A stretch of DNA of 64,000 nt from Botrimarina sp. Its GTDB lineage: Bacteria; Planctomycetota; Planctomycetia; Pirellulales; Lacipirellulaceae. Under the pieces are notes generated by a model. That model saw only the letters and a list, made by a program, of their open reading frames with translations, did no database searches and was not told where the DNA came from. Positions 49,198-57,964 of this stretch are shown here, piece by piece (position 1 is the first letter of the stretch; each line of letters starts with the position of its first letter). The position numbers and the translations under genes were made by a program. Location: assembly GCF_040219535.1 (NCBI RefSeq), contig NZ_JAVJSH010000002.1, positions 16,370 to 80,369 of the forward strand. The letters run 5' to 3'.

Positions 49198-50520
49198 TCA
49201 TGGGGTTAGTGACCGCAGCGGCTTGCCACACCACGGGCACCCGCGCCAGAACTCGGAGACCACGCCCCAGCCGCACGACTTGCAGCGGTCGCGCACGCCC
49301 TCGACCTTCCAGTGGCGCCGGACCTTTGCGTGGCACCACGGGCAGTACCGCATCCAGGGCATCAGGAGCTTGCGGTCGCAGCCGGCCGCGGAGCACTTCG
49401 CGGTGTAGCGCTTGTCGGTGTACTGCCGCTTGGTCTGGACCTCGAAGCCCGGGCCGTAACACCACGGGCAGTACCGCCAGTCGAGCTTCATGCCGCGCCG
49501 GCACCGCGGGCACGCCTGCGGGAAGCGGGTCTCGTCGGGCAAGCGGGTGCGGTCGGCGCGGCACCAGGGGCACCAGAGCATCGGCTCGGAGACCGGCCCG
49601 TCGCAGCGCTCGCACTCGAGCCGCGTTTCGAGCTGCGCGCCGAAGCGGCGGCGGAACTCGCTCCGCTGCACGGTCCGCCAGTTCTGTGTGGTGACGCCGC
49701 CGCGGCGGCGGCGGCCGGCTGAGCCGCTGGCGCCGCGCGCCGCCTTCCGCCCGACCCGCTTCCACGCGGCGCGCATCGCGCCGGCGTCCGCGTAGCGCTT
49801 CTTCGGCTCCAGGTCGATCGCCCGCCGCAGCACGGCGACCGCTTCCTCGCGCAGCACGCGCGAGATCCGCTCGCTGCCGGCGAGCGGGTCGCGGTAGGGC
49901 CACTCCGGCAGCGAGCCAGAGAACATCCGCCACAACGACAGCCCCATCGAGAACACGTCCGACCGGATCGACGGCGCTCCGAGCGCCTGCTCCGGCGCCA
50001 CGTAGCCGACGGTGCCCGCGCCCGACCCGCGGAGCGTGCGCTGCGCGAAGCGGGCGATGCCGAAGTCGCCCAAGCGCACGCGGCCCCCTTCGAACAGCAG
50101 GAAGTTGTCGGGCTTCACGTCGCAGTGGGCGATCGAGCGGTCGTGCGCGTAGGCCAACCCGGCCAGCATCTGGTCCGCGTAGTCCAGGGCGGTCTTGGTC
50201 GCCAAGCGGCGCTCCAGGCGGTCGCCGAGCGATTCCTTGGCCAGCGCCGTGACGATCACGAACACGCCGTCGATCACGTCGGCCGACTTCAGCGGGAGCA
50301 CGTTCGCGTGGTCGAGCGACGCGACGAGCCGCACCTCGCGGCGGAACGTCTCGGCCGCCTCGTCGTCCATCAGGTGGGTGTGGGGCGCTTTCATCGCGAC
50401 CCGCACCCCTTCGATCGTGTCCCGCGCCTGGTAGACGGTCGCGAACCCCCCCTCGGCGAGCCGCTTCTCGACGAGGTACTTGCCGAGGCGGCTGCGTGGT
50501 CGGAGGCGTTTTTCGGGCAT
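49198..50520 (-). CDS. Ser/Thr protein kinase with four C-terminal zinc-ribbon repeats
   Basis: Hanks kinase motifs are present (GGFATVYQA, VAMK, HCDVKPDN, DFG, APE). Four CxxC...CPWC units follow. Confidence 0.85.
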   Translation of the reverse strand: MPEKRLRPRSRLGKYLVEKRLAEGGFATVYQARDTIEGVRVAMKAPHTHLMDDEAAETFRREVRLVASLDHANVLPLKSADVIDGVFVIVTALAKESLGDRLERRLATKTALDYADQMLAGLAYAHDRSIAHCDVKPDNFLLFEGGRVRLGDFGIARFAQRTLRGSGAGTVGYVAPEQALGAPSIRSDVFSMGLSLWRMFSGSLPEWPYRDPLAGSERISRVLREEAVAVLRRAIDLEPKKRYADAGAMRAAWKRVGRKAARGASGSAGRRRRGGVTTQNWRTVQRSEFRRRFGAQLETRLECERCDGPVSEPMLWCPWCRADRTRLPDETRFPQACPRCRRGMKLDWRYCPWCYGPGFEVQTKRQYTDKRYTAKCSAAGCDRKLLMPWMRYCPWCHAKVRRHWKVEGVRDRCKSCGWGVVSEFWRGCPWCGKPLRSLTP

Positions 50521-50663
50521 CGCGGGGCGGCCTGAGCAGGGGGACGCTACAGAGTAAACCGCCCCGACGCCCGCAGCGCCAAGGGAAGCGTGGGTTGCTG
50601 CGTTGCGCCCAACGCTCGCACGCCACCCCCCGCGTGGAAACCAGAGCCCTTGGGCTTCACAGG

Positions 50664-50706
50664 CCGGGGAGTTGCGAGCCGAATCCGGCGTGCCGCAACT
50701 CCCCGG
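50664..50706 (-). other. perfect 13-bp stem hairpin downstream of yqgE/algH (no U-tract)
   Basis: CCGGGGAGTTGCG 50664-50676 is complementary to CGCAACTCCCCGG 50694-50706, with a 17-nt loop. Confidence 0.5.
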
Positions 50707-50760
50707 GCTCACGCCGCGGGGCTCCCTGGTCGCGCGGGGCGGGCCGGGCCGCGCGGCGGG

Positions 50761-51384
50761 TCAGTTCAGCGACGGGTCGTTCGGCAGGCGGTCGGGGTCG
50801 AGGCCCGGGACCATCACGGCCAGCGCGATGCGGCTGGTGACCTCGCGCCAGACCGTCGTGGGGTCGGCGAACACGTCGTCCGAATGGGCGGGCGTGGTGA
50901 GCCAGCTCCCTTCGTTGAGCTCGCCCTCGAGCTGCCCACCGCCCCACCCGCTGTTTCCGCTGTACAAGCGGAACGGGTGCTTTGTCTGCCGCACGAGGGG
51001 GTCGACGGTCGCGCGTTGCATCGACAGGTACAGGCCGGGCAAGACCTGCTTCTCGCTGAGCTCCTCCGACGTGTGCAACGCGATCAGCGGGCCCTGCACG
51101 GGGCCGCCGTAGTTGAGCGGTTGTTGGCAGTCGCAGGGGTCGAATTCGACGGCCTCCCACACCTGCTCGACGGTGCGCTCCGTCGGCCGATTGAGCACCA
51201 CGCCGAGCGCGCCGTTCTCGTTGTGCTCGAGCAGCAGCACCACGGACTGGCGGAAGTTCGGGTCGCGCAGCTTACGCGAGGCGACAAGCAGTTGGCCGGA
51301 GAGAGGCAAGGACAGGTGGCGAATTGAGGGGTGATAGGGGGGTAGGTGGGCAGGCCCTATGTTCCCGCATTCCCCGCTAGGCAT
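50761..51384 (-). CDS. YqgE/AlgH family (UPF0301) protein
   Basis: LSGQLLVASRKLRDPNFRQSVVLLLEHNENGALGVVLNRP..GGPV is the family signature. The true start may be the TTG at 51309. Confidence 0.8.
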   Translation of the reverse strand: MPSGECGNIGPAHLPPYHPSIRHLSLPLSGQLLVASRKLRDPNFRQSVVLLLEHNENGALGVVLNRPTERTVEQVWEAVEFDPCDCQQPLNYGGPVQGPLIALHTSEELSEKQVLPGLYLSMQRATVDPLVRQTKHPFRLYSGNSGWGGGQLEGELNEGSWLTTPAHSDDVFADPTTVWREVTSRIALAVMVPGLDPDRLPNDPSLN

Positions 51385-51405
51385 CTATCCCCTGCTGCCT
51401 GCTGC

Positions 51406-52941
51406 CTATCGCCCGTCACCTGCGAGCCGCTGCCGCGTCAGCTCGATCGCTTTGAGCAGGCCGCGGGCTTTGTTGAGGGTTTCTTGGTGCTCGCTGGCGG
51501 GCACGCTGTCGGCCACGATCCCCGCGCCGGCCTGCACGTAGGCCTTCCCGCCGGCGACGACGATCGTGCGCAGCGCGATGCAGGTGTCCATGTCGCCGGC
51601 GAAGTCGAGGTAGCCCACGGCGCCGGCGTAGGGGCCGCGGCGGTGGGGCTCGAGCTCGTCGATGATCTGCATGGCGCGGACCTTCGGCGCGCCGGACACG
51701 GTGCCGGCGGGCAGGCACGCGGCGAGCGCGTCGAACGCGTCGCGGTCGTCGGTCAGGCGGCCGGTCACGTTCGACGTGATGTGCATCACGTGGCTGTAGC
51801 GTTCGATGACCATCACGTCGGACAGCTCGACCGACCCGTACCGCGCCACGCGGCCCACGTCGTTGCGGCCCAGGTCGACGAGCATCACGTGCTCGGCCCG
51901 TTCCTTCGGGTCGGCGAGCAGCTCTTCGGCCAGGCGGCGGTCCTCCTCCTCGGTCGCGCCCCGCGGCCGGGTGCCCGCCAGCGGCCGCACCGTCACCTGG
52001 CCGTCGACCACGCGGACCATGATCTCCGGCGAGCTGCCCACGAGCGTGCACGACGGGGTGCGTACGTAGAACATGAACGGGCTGGGGTTCACCACCCGCA
52101 GCGTCCGGTAGAGCTCGAACGGGTCGTCGGCGTACGGCGTGGCGAGCCGCTGGCTGAGCACCACCTGGAAGATGTCGCCCGCGCGGATGTACTCGACGCA
52201 CTTCTGGACCGCGGCCTCGAACGCCTCCTTGGTGAAGTTCGACTGGAACGACAGCGACACGCCGCCGGAGGTGTCGATGTCGGCGGGCGCCAGCTCTCGG
52301 GAGGGGGTGGCCACGCGGTCGACGAGCTCGTCGACACGACGCTGCGCGTCGAGGTAAGCGCGCTCGCGGTCGGCGCCGCAGGACACGTCGGCCAGCACGA
52401 TGACGGTGAGCGTCTTGTCGACGTTGTCGAACACCAGCAAGTGGTCGAAAAAGCCGAACGCCAGGTCGGGCAGGCGCCGGTCGTTCTGCGGCGCGTCGGG
52501 CAGGCGCTCGACGTACCGCACCGTGTCGTAGCCGGCGTAGCCGATCGCTCCGCCGACGAACGGCGGCAGGCCGTCGGGCTTGGCGACCCGCACGCTGCCG
52601 ACTTCTTCGCGGAGCGTCTGGAGCGGGTTGGCGGCGGTGAAGGTCTCGCGCCGCGGCTCGCCCCCATCGAAATGGGTGCGGGTGACCGACTCGCCGTCGG
52701 CTTCGAGCAGCAGGTACGGGTCGGTCGCTAGGAAGCTGTAGCGGCCGACTTTCTCGCCGCCGATGACGCTCTCGAACAAGCAAGCGACCGCCCCCTCGCC
52801 CGCCGACTCCAGGCGGTGGAACGCCGAAACCGGCGTGAGCGCGTCGCTCACCAGCCGACGCCACACCGGCACGCGGTCTGCTTCCTCGGCCAACCGAACG
52901 AACTCCTCGAGCGTAGGACGGTGAGCGGTCCGGTCGGCCAC
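51406..52941 (-). CDS. trpE: anthranilate synthase component I
   Basis: Chorismate-binding motifs are present (LFESV, GDIFQVVLSQR, GTVSGAPKVRAMQII.ELE, RGPYAGAVGY). The start is GTG, behind AGGAG. Confidence 0.95.
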   Translation of the reverse strand: MADRTAHRPTLEEFVRLAEEADRVPVWRRLVSDALTPVSAFHRLESAGEGAVACLFESVIGGEKVGRYSFLATDPYLLLEADGESVTRTHFDGGEPRRETFTAANPLQTLREEVGSVRVAKPDGLPPFVGGAIGYAGYDTVRYVERLPDAPQNDRRLPDLAFGFFDHLLVFDNVDKTLTVIVLADVSCGADRERAYLDAQRRVDELVDRVATPSRELAPADIDTSGGVSLSFQSNFTKEAFEAAVQKCVEYIRAGDIFQVVLSQRLATPYADDPFELYRTLRVVNPSPFMFYVRTPSCTLVGSSPEIMVRVVDGQVTVRPLAGTRPRGATEEEDRRLAEELLADPKERAEHVMLVDLGRNDVGRVARYGSVELSDVMVIERYSHVMHITSNVTGRLTDDRDAFDALAACLPAGTVSGAPKVRAMQIIDELEPHRRGPYAGAVGYLDFAGDMDTCIALRTIVVAGGKAYVQAGAGIVADSVPASEHQETLNKARGLLKAIELTRQRLAGDGR

Positions 52942-53289
52942 GAGAACAAACTCCTAAGGAAGGTCCGGCGTACAGATGGGTTGCGGCTTGCTAGATGGGG
53001 CGAATCGGTCGCGGCGAATCCGACGCGGCTAGCGTCGCTGGAACCGCGCGCCCGGGCGCCCAAGTGATCGCCAGACAGCCACCCGCCGCGTGCGGTTCGC
53101 TTGGCGGGGTCACTCTAGCACCCGGCGCCGTGGGCTTACAGCGCCGCCGTCGGCCCGCCCCCGCCGGCTTGTATCCCGTTCCGACGCAAAGGTTTACGCT
53201 ACGAAAGGGGCGGGCCTCATCGCCTTGCCCAGCCCCACCACGCCCGATAGACTCCTGACGCCCGCCAAGCGGCCGAAGAGGAACCCCCG

Positions 53290-53793
53290 ATGAAGTGCCA
53301 GAAGTGCGAAAAACCGGCGACCTTCCACATCACCGACCTGGTGGACGGGGAGCCGAAAGAGGTCCACCTGTGCGAGCTCTGCGCGAAGGAGTTCCTGTCG
53401 CCGATCGCCGACGAGGCGGACTCCGTTGTCCCCGAGATGGCGGGGCTGCTGGCGCAGCAACTCACGATCGGGCAGACGGCCGAGCAGCTAGCCGAGCTCG
53501 ACCAGCGGGTCTGTCCCGTGTGCGGGATCAGCTTCCTGGAGTTCCGCAAGCAAGGCCGGCTGGGCTGCCCGCACGACTACGTGCACTTCGCCAAGGAGCT
53601 GGAGCCGCTGCTGGTCAACATCCACGGCGAGACGCAGCACGTCGGCAAGACGCCCCGCCACGGCGGCGAGGGCGCCGAGCAACAGACGCAGCTCATCCGC
53701 CTGCGCCGCGAAATGAAAGAAGCGGTCGCCGGCGAAGACTACGAGCGGGCGTCGGTGCTGAGGGACGAGATCCGCGGCATCGAGCAGAGTTGA
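53290..53793 (+). CDS. mcsA: McsA-like UvrB/C-motif protein (arginine kinase activator)
   Basis: N-terminal zinc-finger pairs are present (CQKCEKPA..LCELC, CPVCG..GCPHDY). The C-terminal UVR motif is EDYERASVLRDEI. Confidence 0.75.
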   Translation: MKCQKCEKPATFHITDLVDGEPKEVHLCELCAKEFLSPIADEADSVVPEMAGLLAQQLTIGQTAEQLAELDQRVCPVCGISFLEFRKQGRLGCPHDYVHFAKELEPLLVNIHGETQHVGKTPRHGGEGAEQQTQLIRLRREMKEAVAGEDYERASVLRDEIRGIEQS

Positions 53794-53796
53794 GAG

Positions 53797-53888
53797 GCGG
53801 CGCTAGGCGCGCGGCGCTAGGCGCTAGTTTGTCGTCGATAAGGCTTTGAACTCACAAAACTAGCGCCTAGCAACCAGCGCCTAGCGCC
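53797..53888. repeat. nested hairpin built from GGCGCTA heptamers (REP-like element, family A, second copy)
   Basis: The outer stem GGCGCTAGGCGC 53799-53810 / GCGCCTAGCGCC 53877-53888 is perfect. The inner stem is GGCGCTAGGCGCTAGTTT 53813-53830 / AAACTAGCGCCTAGC 53857-53871. It fills the mcsA-mcsB spacer. Confidence 0.85.
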
Positions 53889-53898
53889 TCCCCCCCAA

Positions 53899-55005
53899 AT
53901 GTCCCTCGACCTCGCACTGATGGCCCGCGACTGCGGCGAGTGGCTCCGCGCCTCGGGGCCGGAGTCGGACATCGTCATCAGCAGCCGCGTCCGCTTGGCG
54001 CGCAACCTGACCGACTTCCCGTTCATCTCCCGCGCGAGCGAGAGCGACCGCGAGCAGATCGAGCAGATCCTCCACGCGCGGATCGACGCGTTGCAGTCGG
54101 CCGGCAAGCTGCCCGACGCGGCCCCCGGCGCCGAGCTGCACTACATCGACGTGAGCCACCTCGACGAGGTCGACCGCCTGTTCCTCGTCGAGCGGCAGCT
54201 GATCAGCCGCGAGCACGCCGAGGCCGAGGGCGCCCGCGCGGTCGTGATCGACGGCGGCGAGCGGTTCAGCGTGATGATCAACGAGGAGGACCACCTGCGG
54301 ATCCAGGTGATGCACTCCGGGCTCGACCTGAACCGGGCGTGGGAAGAGATCAACCAGATCGACGACCTGCTCGAAGAGCAGGTCACCTACGCGTACAACG
54401 ACCGCCTGGGCTACCTGACCGCTTGCCCCACGAACGTCGGCACGGGGATCCGCGTGAGCGTGATGCTCCACCTGCCCGCGCTGGTGATCACGCGGCAGAT
54501 CGACAAGGTCTTCCGCAGCCTGCAGAAGATCAACCTCGCCGTGCGGGGCCTGTACGGCGAGGGCTCGCAAGCGATGGGCGACTTCTATCAGATCAGCAAC
54601 CAGGTCACCCTCGGCATGACCGAGGAGGACCTCCTCGCCAAGGTGGCCGACGTGGTCCCCGTGCTGCTGGAGTACGAGCGTCAGGCGCGCACGTTCTTGA
54701 TCCGCGAGAGCCAAGAGACGCTCCACGACCGGGTGAGCCGCGCGTTCGGCATCCTCCGCACCGCGCAGACGATCTCGAGCGAGGAGACCCTGCACCTGCT
54801 CTCGAGCGTGCGGATGGGGATCAACCTGGGCCTCATCGGCGACGTCGAGATCCCGACCGTCAACAAGCTGTTCGTGCACACCCAGCCGGCCCACCTGCAG
54901 AAGCTGGCCGGCATGGAGCTCGACCAGTCCGACCGCAACATCGAGCGCGCCAGCTACCTGCGGCGCCACCTCAACGGCGGCAAGACCGAGCCGGGCGCGA
55001 ACTGA
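53899..55005 (+). CDS. mcsB: protein arginine kinase McsB (ATP:guanido phosphotransferase family)
   Basis: SRVRLARNL, INEEDHLRIQ, CPTNVGTG.R.SVM.HLPAL and GLYGEGS are guanido-kinase/McsB motifs. Confidence 0.9.
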   Translation: MSLDLALMARDCGEWLRASGPESDIVISSRVRLARNLTDFPFISRASESDREQIEQILHARIDALQSAGKLPDAAPGAELHYIDVSHLDEVDRLFLVERQLISREHAEAEGARAVVIDGGERFSVMINEEDHLRIQVMHSGLDLNRAWEEINQIDDLLEEQVTYAYNDRLGYLTACPTNVGTGIRVSVMLHLPALVITRQIDKVFRSLQKINLAVRGLYGEGSQAMGDFYQISNQVTLGMTEEDLLAKVADVVPVLLEYERQARTFLIRESQETLHDRVSRAFGILRTAQTISSEETLHLLSSVRMGINLGLIGDVEIPTVNKLFVHTQPAHLQKLAGMELDQSDRNIERASYLRRHLNGGKTEPGAN

Positions 55006-55029
55006 CTCTGGCGGACCGCGGGGCGCGCC

Positions 55030-55617
55030 GTGTCGCGTGAGATCTTCACCGTCGGCTACTCCACGCACGAGTGGCCCGGCTTCCTCGCGTTGCTCCAACG
55101 CGCCGGCGTGACCGCCGTGGCCGACGTGCGGTCGCACCCCGCCGCGCGGCTGCCGCAGTACCGGCAAGAGACCCTCGCGCCGGCCCTACGCGACGCGGGG
55201 ATCGCGTACGTGTTCCTCGGCGAGGAGCTGGGCGCGCGGCGCGTGGAGCCGGAGTGCTACATCGACGGCCGCGCCGATTACGACCGGATCGCCCGCTTGC
55301 CGGCGTTCCGCGAAGGGATCGCCCGCCTGCAGCGCGGCGCCGAGCTCCACACGATCACGCTATTGTGCGCCGAGCGCGAGCCGCTCGACTGCCACCGCGG
55401 CGTGCTCGTCAGCCGCGTGCTCAGCCAGGCAGGCTGGCGCGTGCGGCACCTGCTGGCGGACGGCACGGTCGAAGAGCACGCCCAGACCGAGCGGCGGCTC
55501 GTCGAGTGGATGGGCGTCGACCCGCTGCTCGACGCGGCCGCCGATCCGGGGGAGTTGCTGCGGCGGGCTTACTTCGAACGCGCGCTGGAGGTGGCGTATC
55601 GGCCGCCGGGCGTTTAA
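55030..55617 (+). CDS. DUF488 domain protein
   Basis: IFTVGYSTHEWPGFLALLQRAGVTAVADVRS.P..R.PQY and LLCAEREPLDCHR are typical of DUF488. Confidence 0.75.
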   Translation: MSREIFTVGYSTHEWPGFLALLQRAGVTAVADVRSHPAARLPQYRQETLAPALRDAGIAYVFLGEELGARRVEPECYIDGRADYDRIARLPAFREGIARLQRGAELHTITLLCAEREPLDCHRGVLVSRVLSQAGWRVRHLLADGTVEEHAQTERRLVEWMGVDPLLDAAADPGELLRRAYFERALEVAYRPPGV

Positions 55618-55664
55618 GCGAGCGGCTCGTCGCAGCGTCAGGAGCGGATCCAGGCGGTGCGGGG

Positions 55665-55880
55665 CTATCCGCTCGCCTCGGTGGGCGCCGTTTCGGTCGC
55701 TGCTTTACGCAACGCTTCGTTGATGGCTTCCGGAGTGCCGAAGTGCGCCATCAAGTCGGGATCGATCAGCACAAAGTTCGTGCCTCGCCGGTAGGCCGCG
55801 GCGTACTTCCCGCGAACCGGCTTCGCGTCGGGGCCGAAGTCGTAATGGTCGCGCATTTCGCCGGGATCAGGGTCGTTCAT
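55665..55880 (-). CDS. putative BrnA-like antitoxin
   Basis: This small ORF overlaps the brnT stop by 14 nt. The HYDF....KPVRGKYA motif is common in antitoxins of this class. Confidence 0.55.
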   Translation of the reverse strand: MNDPDPGEMRDHYDFGPDAKPVRGKYAAAYRRGTNFVLIDPDLMAHFGTPEAINEALRKAATETAPTEASG

Positions 55881-56145
55881 CGGTGTACCTCGCCGTCTCG
55901 CGTCGATTGGCTTTCCGGGCCCCGATCAAGCGAGTCGCCCCCGCACGGTCGGTGTGCCACACCACAATCAGTCTACCATGGTTGGAAAGCCCCATGGTGA
56001 TGTAGCGATCTTCCCCAGCGGAGTGGTCCGGGTCGAAGATCGTCGATCCTCCGAAGTCCGCGAAAACGGTCACCGCCTCCTCGAAGCTCACTCCGTGTTT
56101 GACGAGGTTTGCCGCGGCCTTCTTCGCGTCCCACTCAAAGTTCAT
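55867..56145 (-). CDS. brnT: BrnT family (DUF497) ribonuclease toxin
   Basis: MNFEWDAKKAAANLVKHGVSFEEAVTVFAD..EDRYI..G.......L.VV.T.R....RLI.ARKA is the BrnT signature. Confidence 0.8.
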   Translation of the reverse strand: MNFEWDAKKAAANLVKHGVSFEEAVTVFADFGGSTIFDPDHSAGEDRYITMGLSNHGRLIVVWHTDRAGATRLIGARKANRRETARYTDERP

Positions 56146-56261
56146 CCGAGGTTCTCACGCCGGAGTGGGAAAAGTGATCACCGAGCTGGTCTTGTCGATG
56201 GGCTAGCGATCCCGCCCTTACCAGGAGTGTCCAGCCCGACTCGCGTACAGGTTACCTCCGC

Positions 56262-56984
56262 ATGCCCAATCACAAAAAGGCGAGTGAGCAGCTGCCCCCC
56301 TTCATCCAACGCGACGGGGACCGCTATCGGTTTCAATGGCGGACTGCGGCATTACTGGTAGTCATCCTTTGCGTGGGGACCAGCGCATGGGTGGCGGCCG
56401 CTGTAACGTTCGGCCTCATGCCGTCCTTCCCGTTCGGCGTGCTGGCAGCTTTGCACGCCTTGTGGGTGGCAGGGTTCCTCGCATACGGCGTCAATCAGGA
56501 ACGCCGGTATAACGCCGGCCTCCCGTCACAGTCGAGCCGCGGTTTCGGGCTGCTCGAAGCCTTGATCCTGTTGACTGGCGTCGCGGTTGCGCTGGGACTA
56601 CTGAGCTACGACCATCGGCGACAGCTAACCGTCGAAGCTCGTCTGGAATCGTTGGAACTCAGAGCCGCCGAAGTGCTAGGTCCCGATGGAGGCATTTATC
56701 AAGAACCTAACGGCGCGCATGTGTTTATCGACGACCGAACCTTCAATGACGAAAGACTCGCGAGATTCACGGCGATGGCCCGCGAAGCCGGCCTCCTCAA
56801 GTACTTCGCCGCCCTGACCTTCGGCTCCCGTCCCAAGAATCTTGATACGCCCGCGAAATGGCCCGGCGTTACGGAGGACTCATTGACCGTTCTCAGCCAG
56901 TGGCCTGCGTTGGAGGTGGTGCGGGCAGATGGAACCGCCCTCGCTCCAGAGAAGCTGCAAGCTTGGGATGACGACGCACGATAA
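56262..56984 (+). CDS. hypothetical membrane protein
   Basis: About three hydrophobic helices are followed by a soluble C-terminal domain. The stretch looks AT-richer than its surroundings by eye. I recognise no family. Confidence 0.45.
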   Translation: MPNHKKASEQLPPFIQRDGDRYRFQWRTAALLVVILCVGTSAWVAAAVTFGLMPSFPFGVLAALHALWVAGFLAYGVNQERRYNAGLPSQSSRGFGLLEALILLTGVAVALGLLSYDHRRQLTVEARLESLELRAAEVLGPDGGIYQEPNGAHVFIDDRTFNDERLARFTAMAREAGLLKYFAALTFGSRPKNLDTPAKWPGVTEDSLTVLSQWPALEVVRADGTALAPEKLQAWDDDAR

Positions 56985-56996
56985 ACCTGCTGAGCA

Positions 56997-57713
56997 TCAC
57001 CACACACCCGCCGCCTCTAGCTGCCCCGTCGCCGCCTCCGCCCAGCCGCGGTTCGCCGCCGGGCTGGCCGGGCTCGGGTGCAGCACGGTCGTGACGCGCA
57101 CGCGCTCGCCGGCCACGCGGTCGAGGCAATTCTCGGCGTACTTGCCCACGCCGACCGCCCACTCGGGGCGGAGCCGCTCGAGCAGCTCGGCCAGGTGCGC
57201 TTCGCACGCGGCGGCGAGCGGCTCGCGCTCCGCCGCGGGCAGCTTGTCGGGCGTGTGGTTTTTGCCCGACTCGGTCATGAAGACCAGCGGGCAGTAGTTC
57301 GCGACGAAGTGCTCGCGGAAGAACGCGTCGGCCGAGCCGAAGCGCCCAGCGAACAGCCCCCACAGCCGCCGGCCCGAGACCTCGCTCCGCCGGCAAGCGA
57401 AGCCCTCGACCGGCCGCTTCGGGTGCTCGTTCTTCGGCTTGCTGACCGGCGCGTCGACGCCGATCCAGTCGCGCGCGGCGGCCACCTCGCCGAACGGCAC
57501 GCCGGTCTGGGCCATGCCCCAGGGGCCGGGGTTCATCCCCAGGAAGACCACCCGCTTCCGCCCGGCGCCCGCCTTGCGCAGGTAGGCCTCGTGCGGCGCC
57601 CACGCATAAACCAGCGGGTTGTAGACGTGCGTCACCGGCGGGGCGAAGCGCAGCCGCGCGACGCGGCGCCGGAGCGTCTGGGCGTTCTCGATAAGAGCGT
57701 CGACCTGACTCAC
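56997..57713 (-). CDS. SMUG1-like uracil-DNA glycosylase family protein
   Basis: VVFLGMNPGPWGMAQTGVPFGE matches the SMUG1 motif GMNPGP.GMAQTGVPFG. HPSPAS lies near the C-terminus. The GTG start overlaps the DUF433 stop (GTGA). Confidence 0.75.
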   Translation of the reverse strand: MSQVDALIENAQTLRRRVARLRFAPPVTHVYNPLVYAWAPHEAYLRKAGAGRKRVVFLGMNPGPWGMAQTGVPFGEVAAARDWIGVDAPVSKPKNEHPKRPVEGFACRRSEVSGRRLWGLFAGRFGSADAFFREHFVANYCPLVFMTESGKNHTPDKLPAAEREPLAAACEAHLAELLERLRPEWAVGVGKYAENCLDRVAGERVRVTTVLHPSPASPAANRGWAEAATGQLEAAGVW

Positions 57714-57898
57714 AGCGGACCGAATAGCACCGCGAGCACCTGCTCACGGGTCACCGTCGGGTAGCCGTCGAGAAAGTCGTCGATCGTGTCGCCCGCCTTG
57801 AGGCAATCAACGAATGCCTGCAGGGGCACACGCGTGCCGCGGAACACGATCGCTCCGCTCATCGTGTCGGGCGACGACGAAAGGGGGCCGGGGGGCAT
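57710..57898 (-). CDS. DUF433 domain protein (short)
   Basis: G.IVFRGTRVPLQAFVDCLKAGDTIDDFLDGYPTVTREQVLAVL matches the DUF433 pattern. The start may instead be the ATG at 57862. Confidence 0.65.
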   Translation of the reverse strand: MPPGPLSSSPDTMSGAIVFRGTRVPLQAFVDCLKAGDTIDDFLDGYPTVTREQVLAVLFGPL

Positions 57899-57964
57899 GC
57901 CCCAAGTCTACAAAGGCGCGCCGGTCGCCGGCAACTCATAGCCCGCGCTGCGTGCCCGCCCTCC

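Noticed and set aside
51309-51420. GGCAG-type heptamers (CTGCTGCCTGCTGCCTATC) between trpE and yqgE/algH as another hairpin element
   Set aside because: The candidate arms do not pair convincingly. The region may instead be the N-terminal coding sequence of yqgE if the ATG at 51384 is the real start. I mention it only as a possible relative of family B.
52942-53289. Trp leader peptide or attenuator upstream of trpE, sought by analogy with the aroF leader
   Set aside because: I found no short ORF with tandem Trp codons in any frame and no hairpin with a U-tract. Only a GCGCCCGGGCGC palindrome (53048-53059) of unknown meaning is present.
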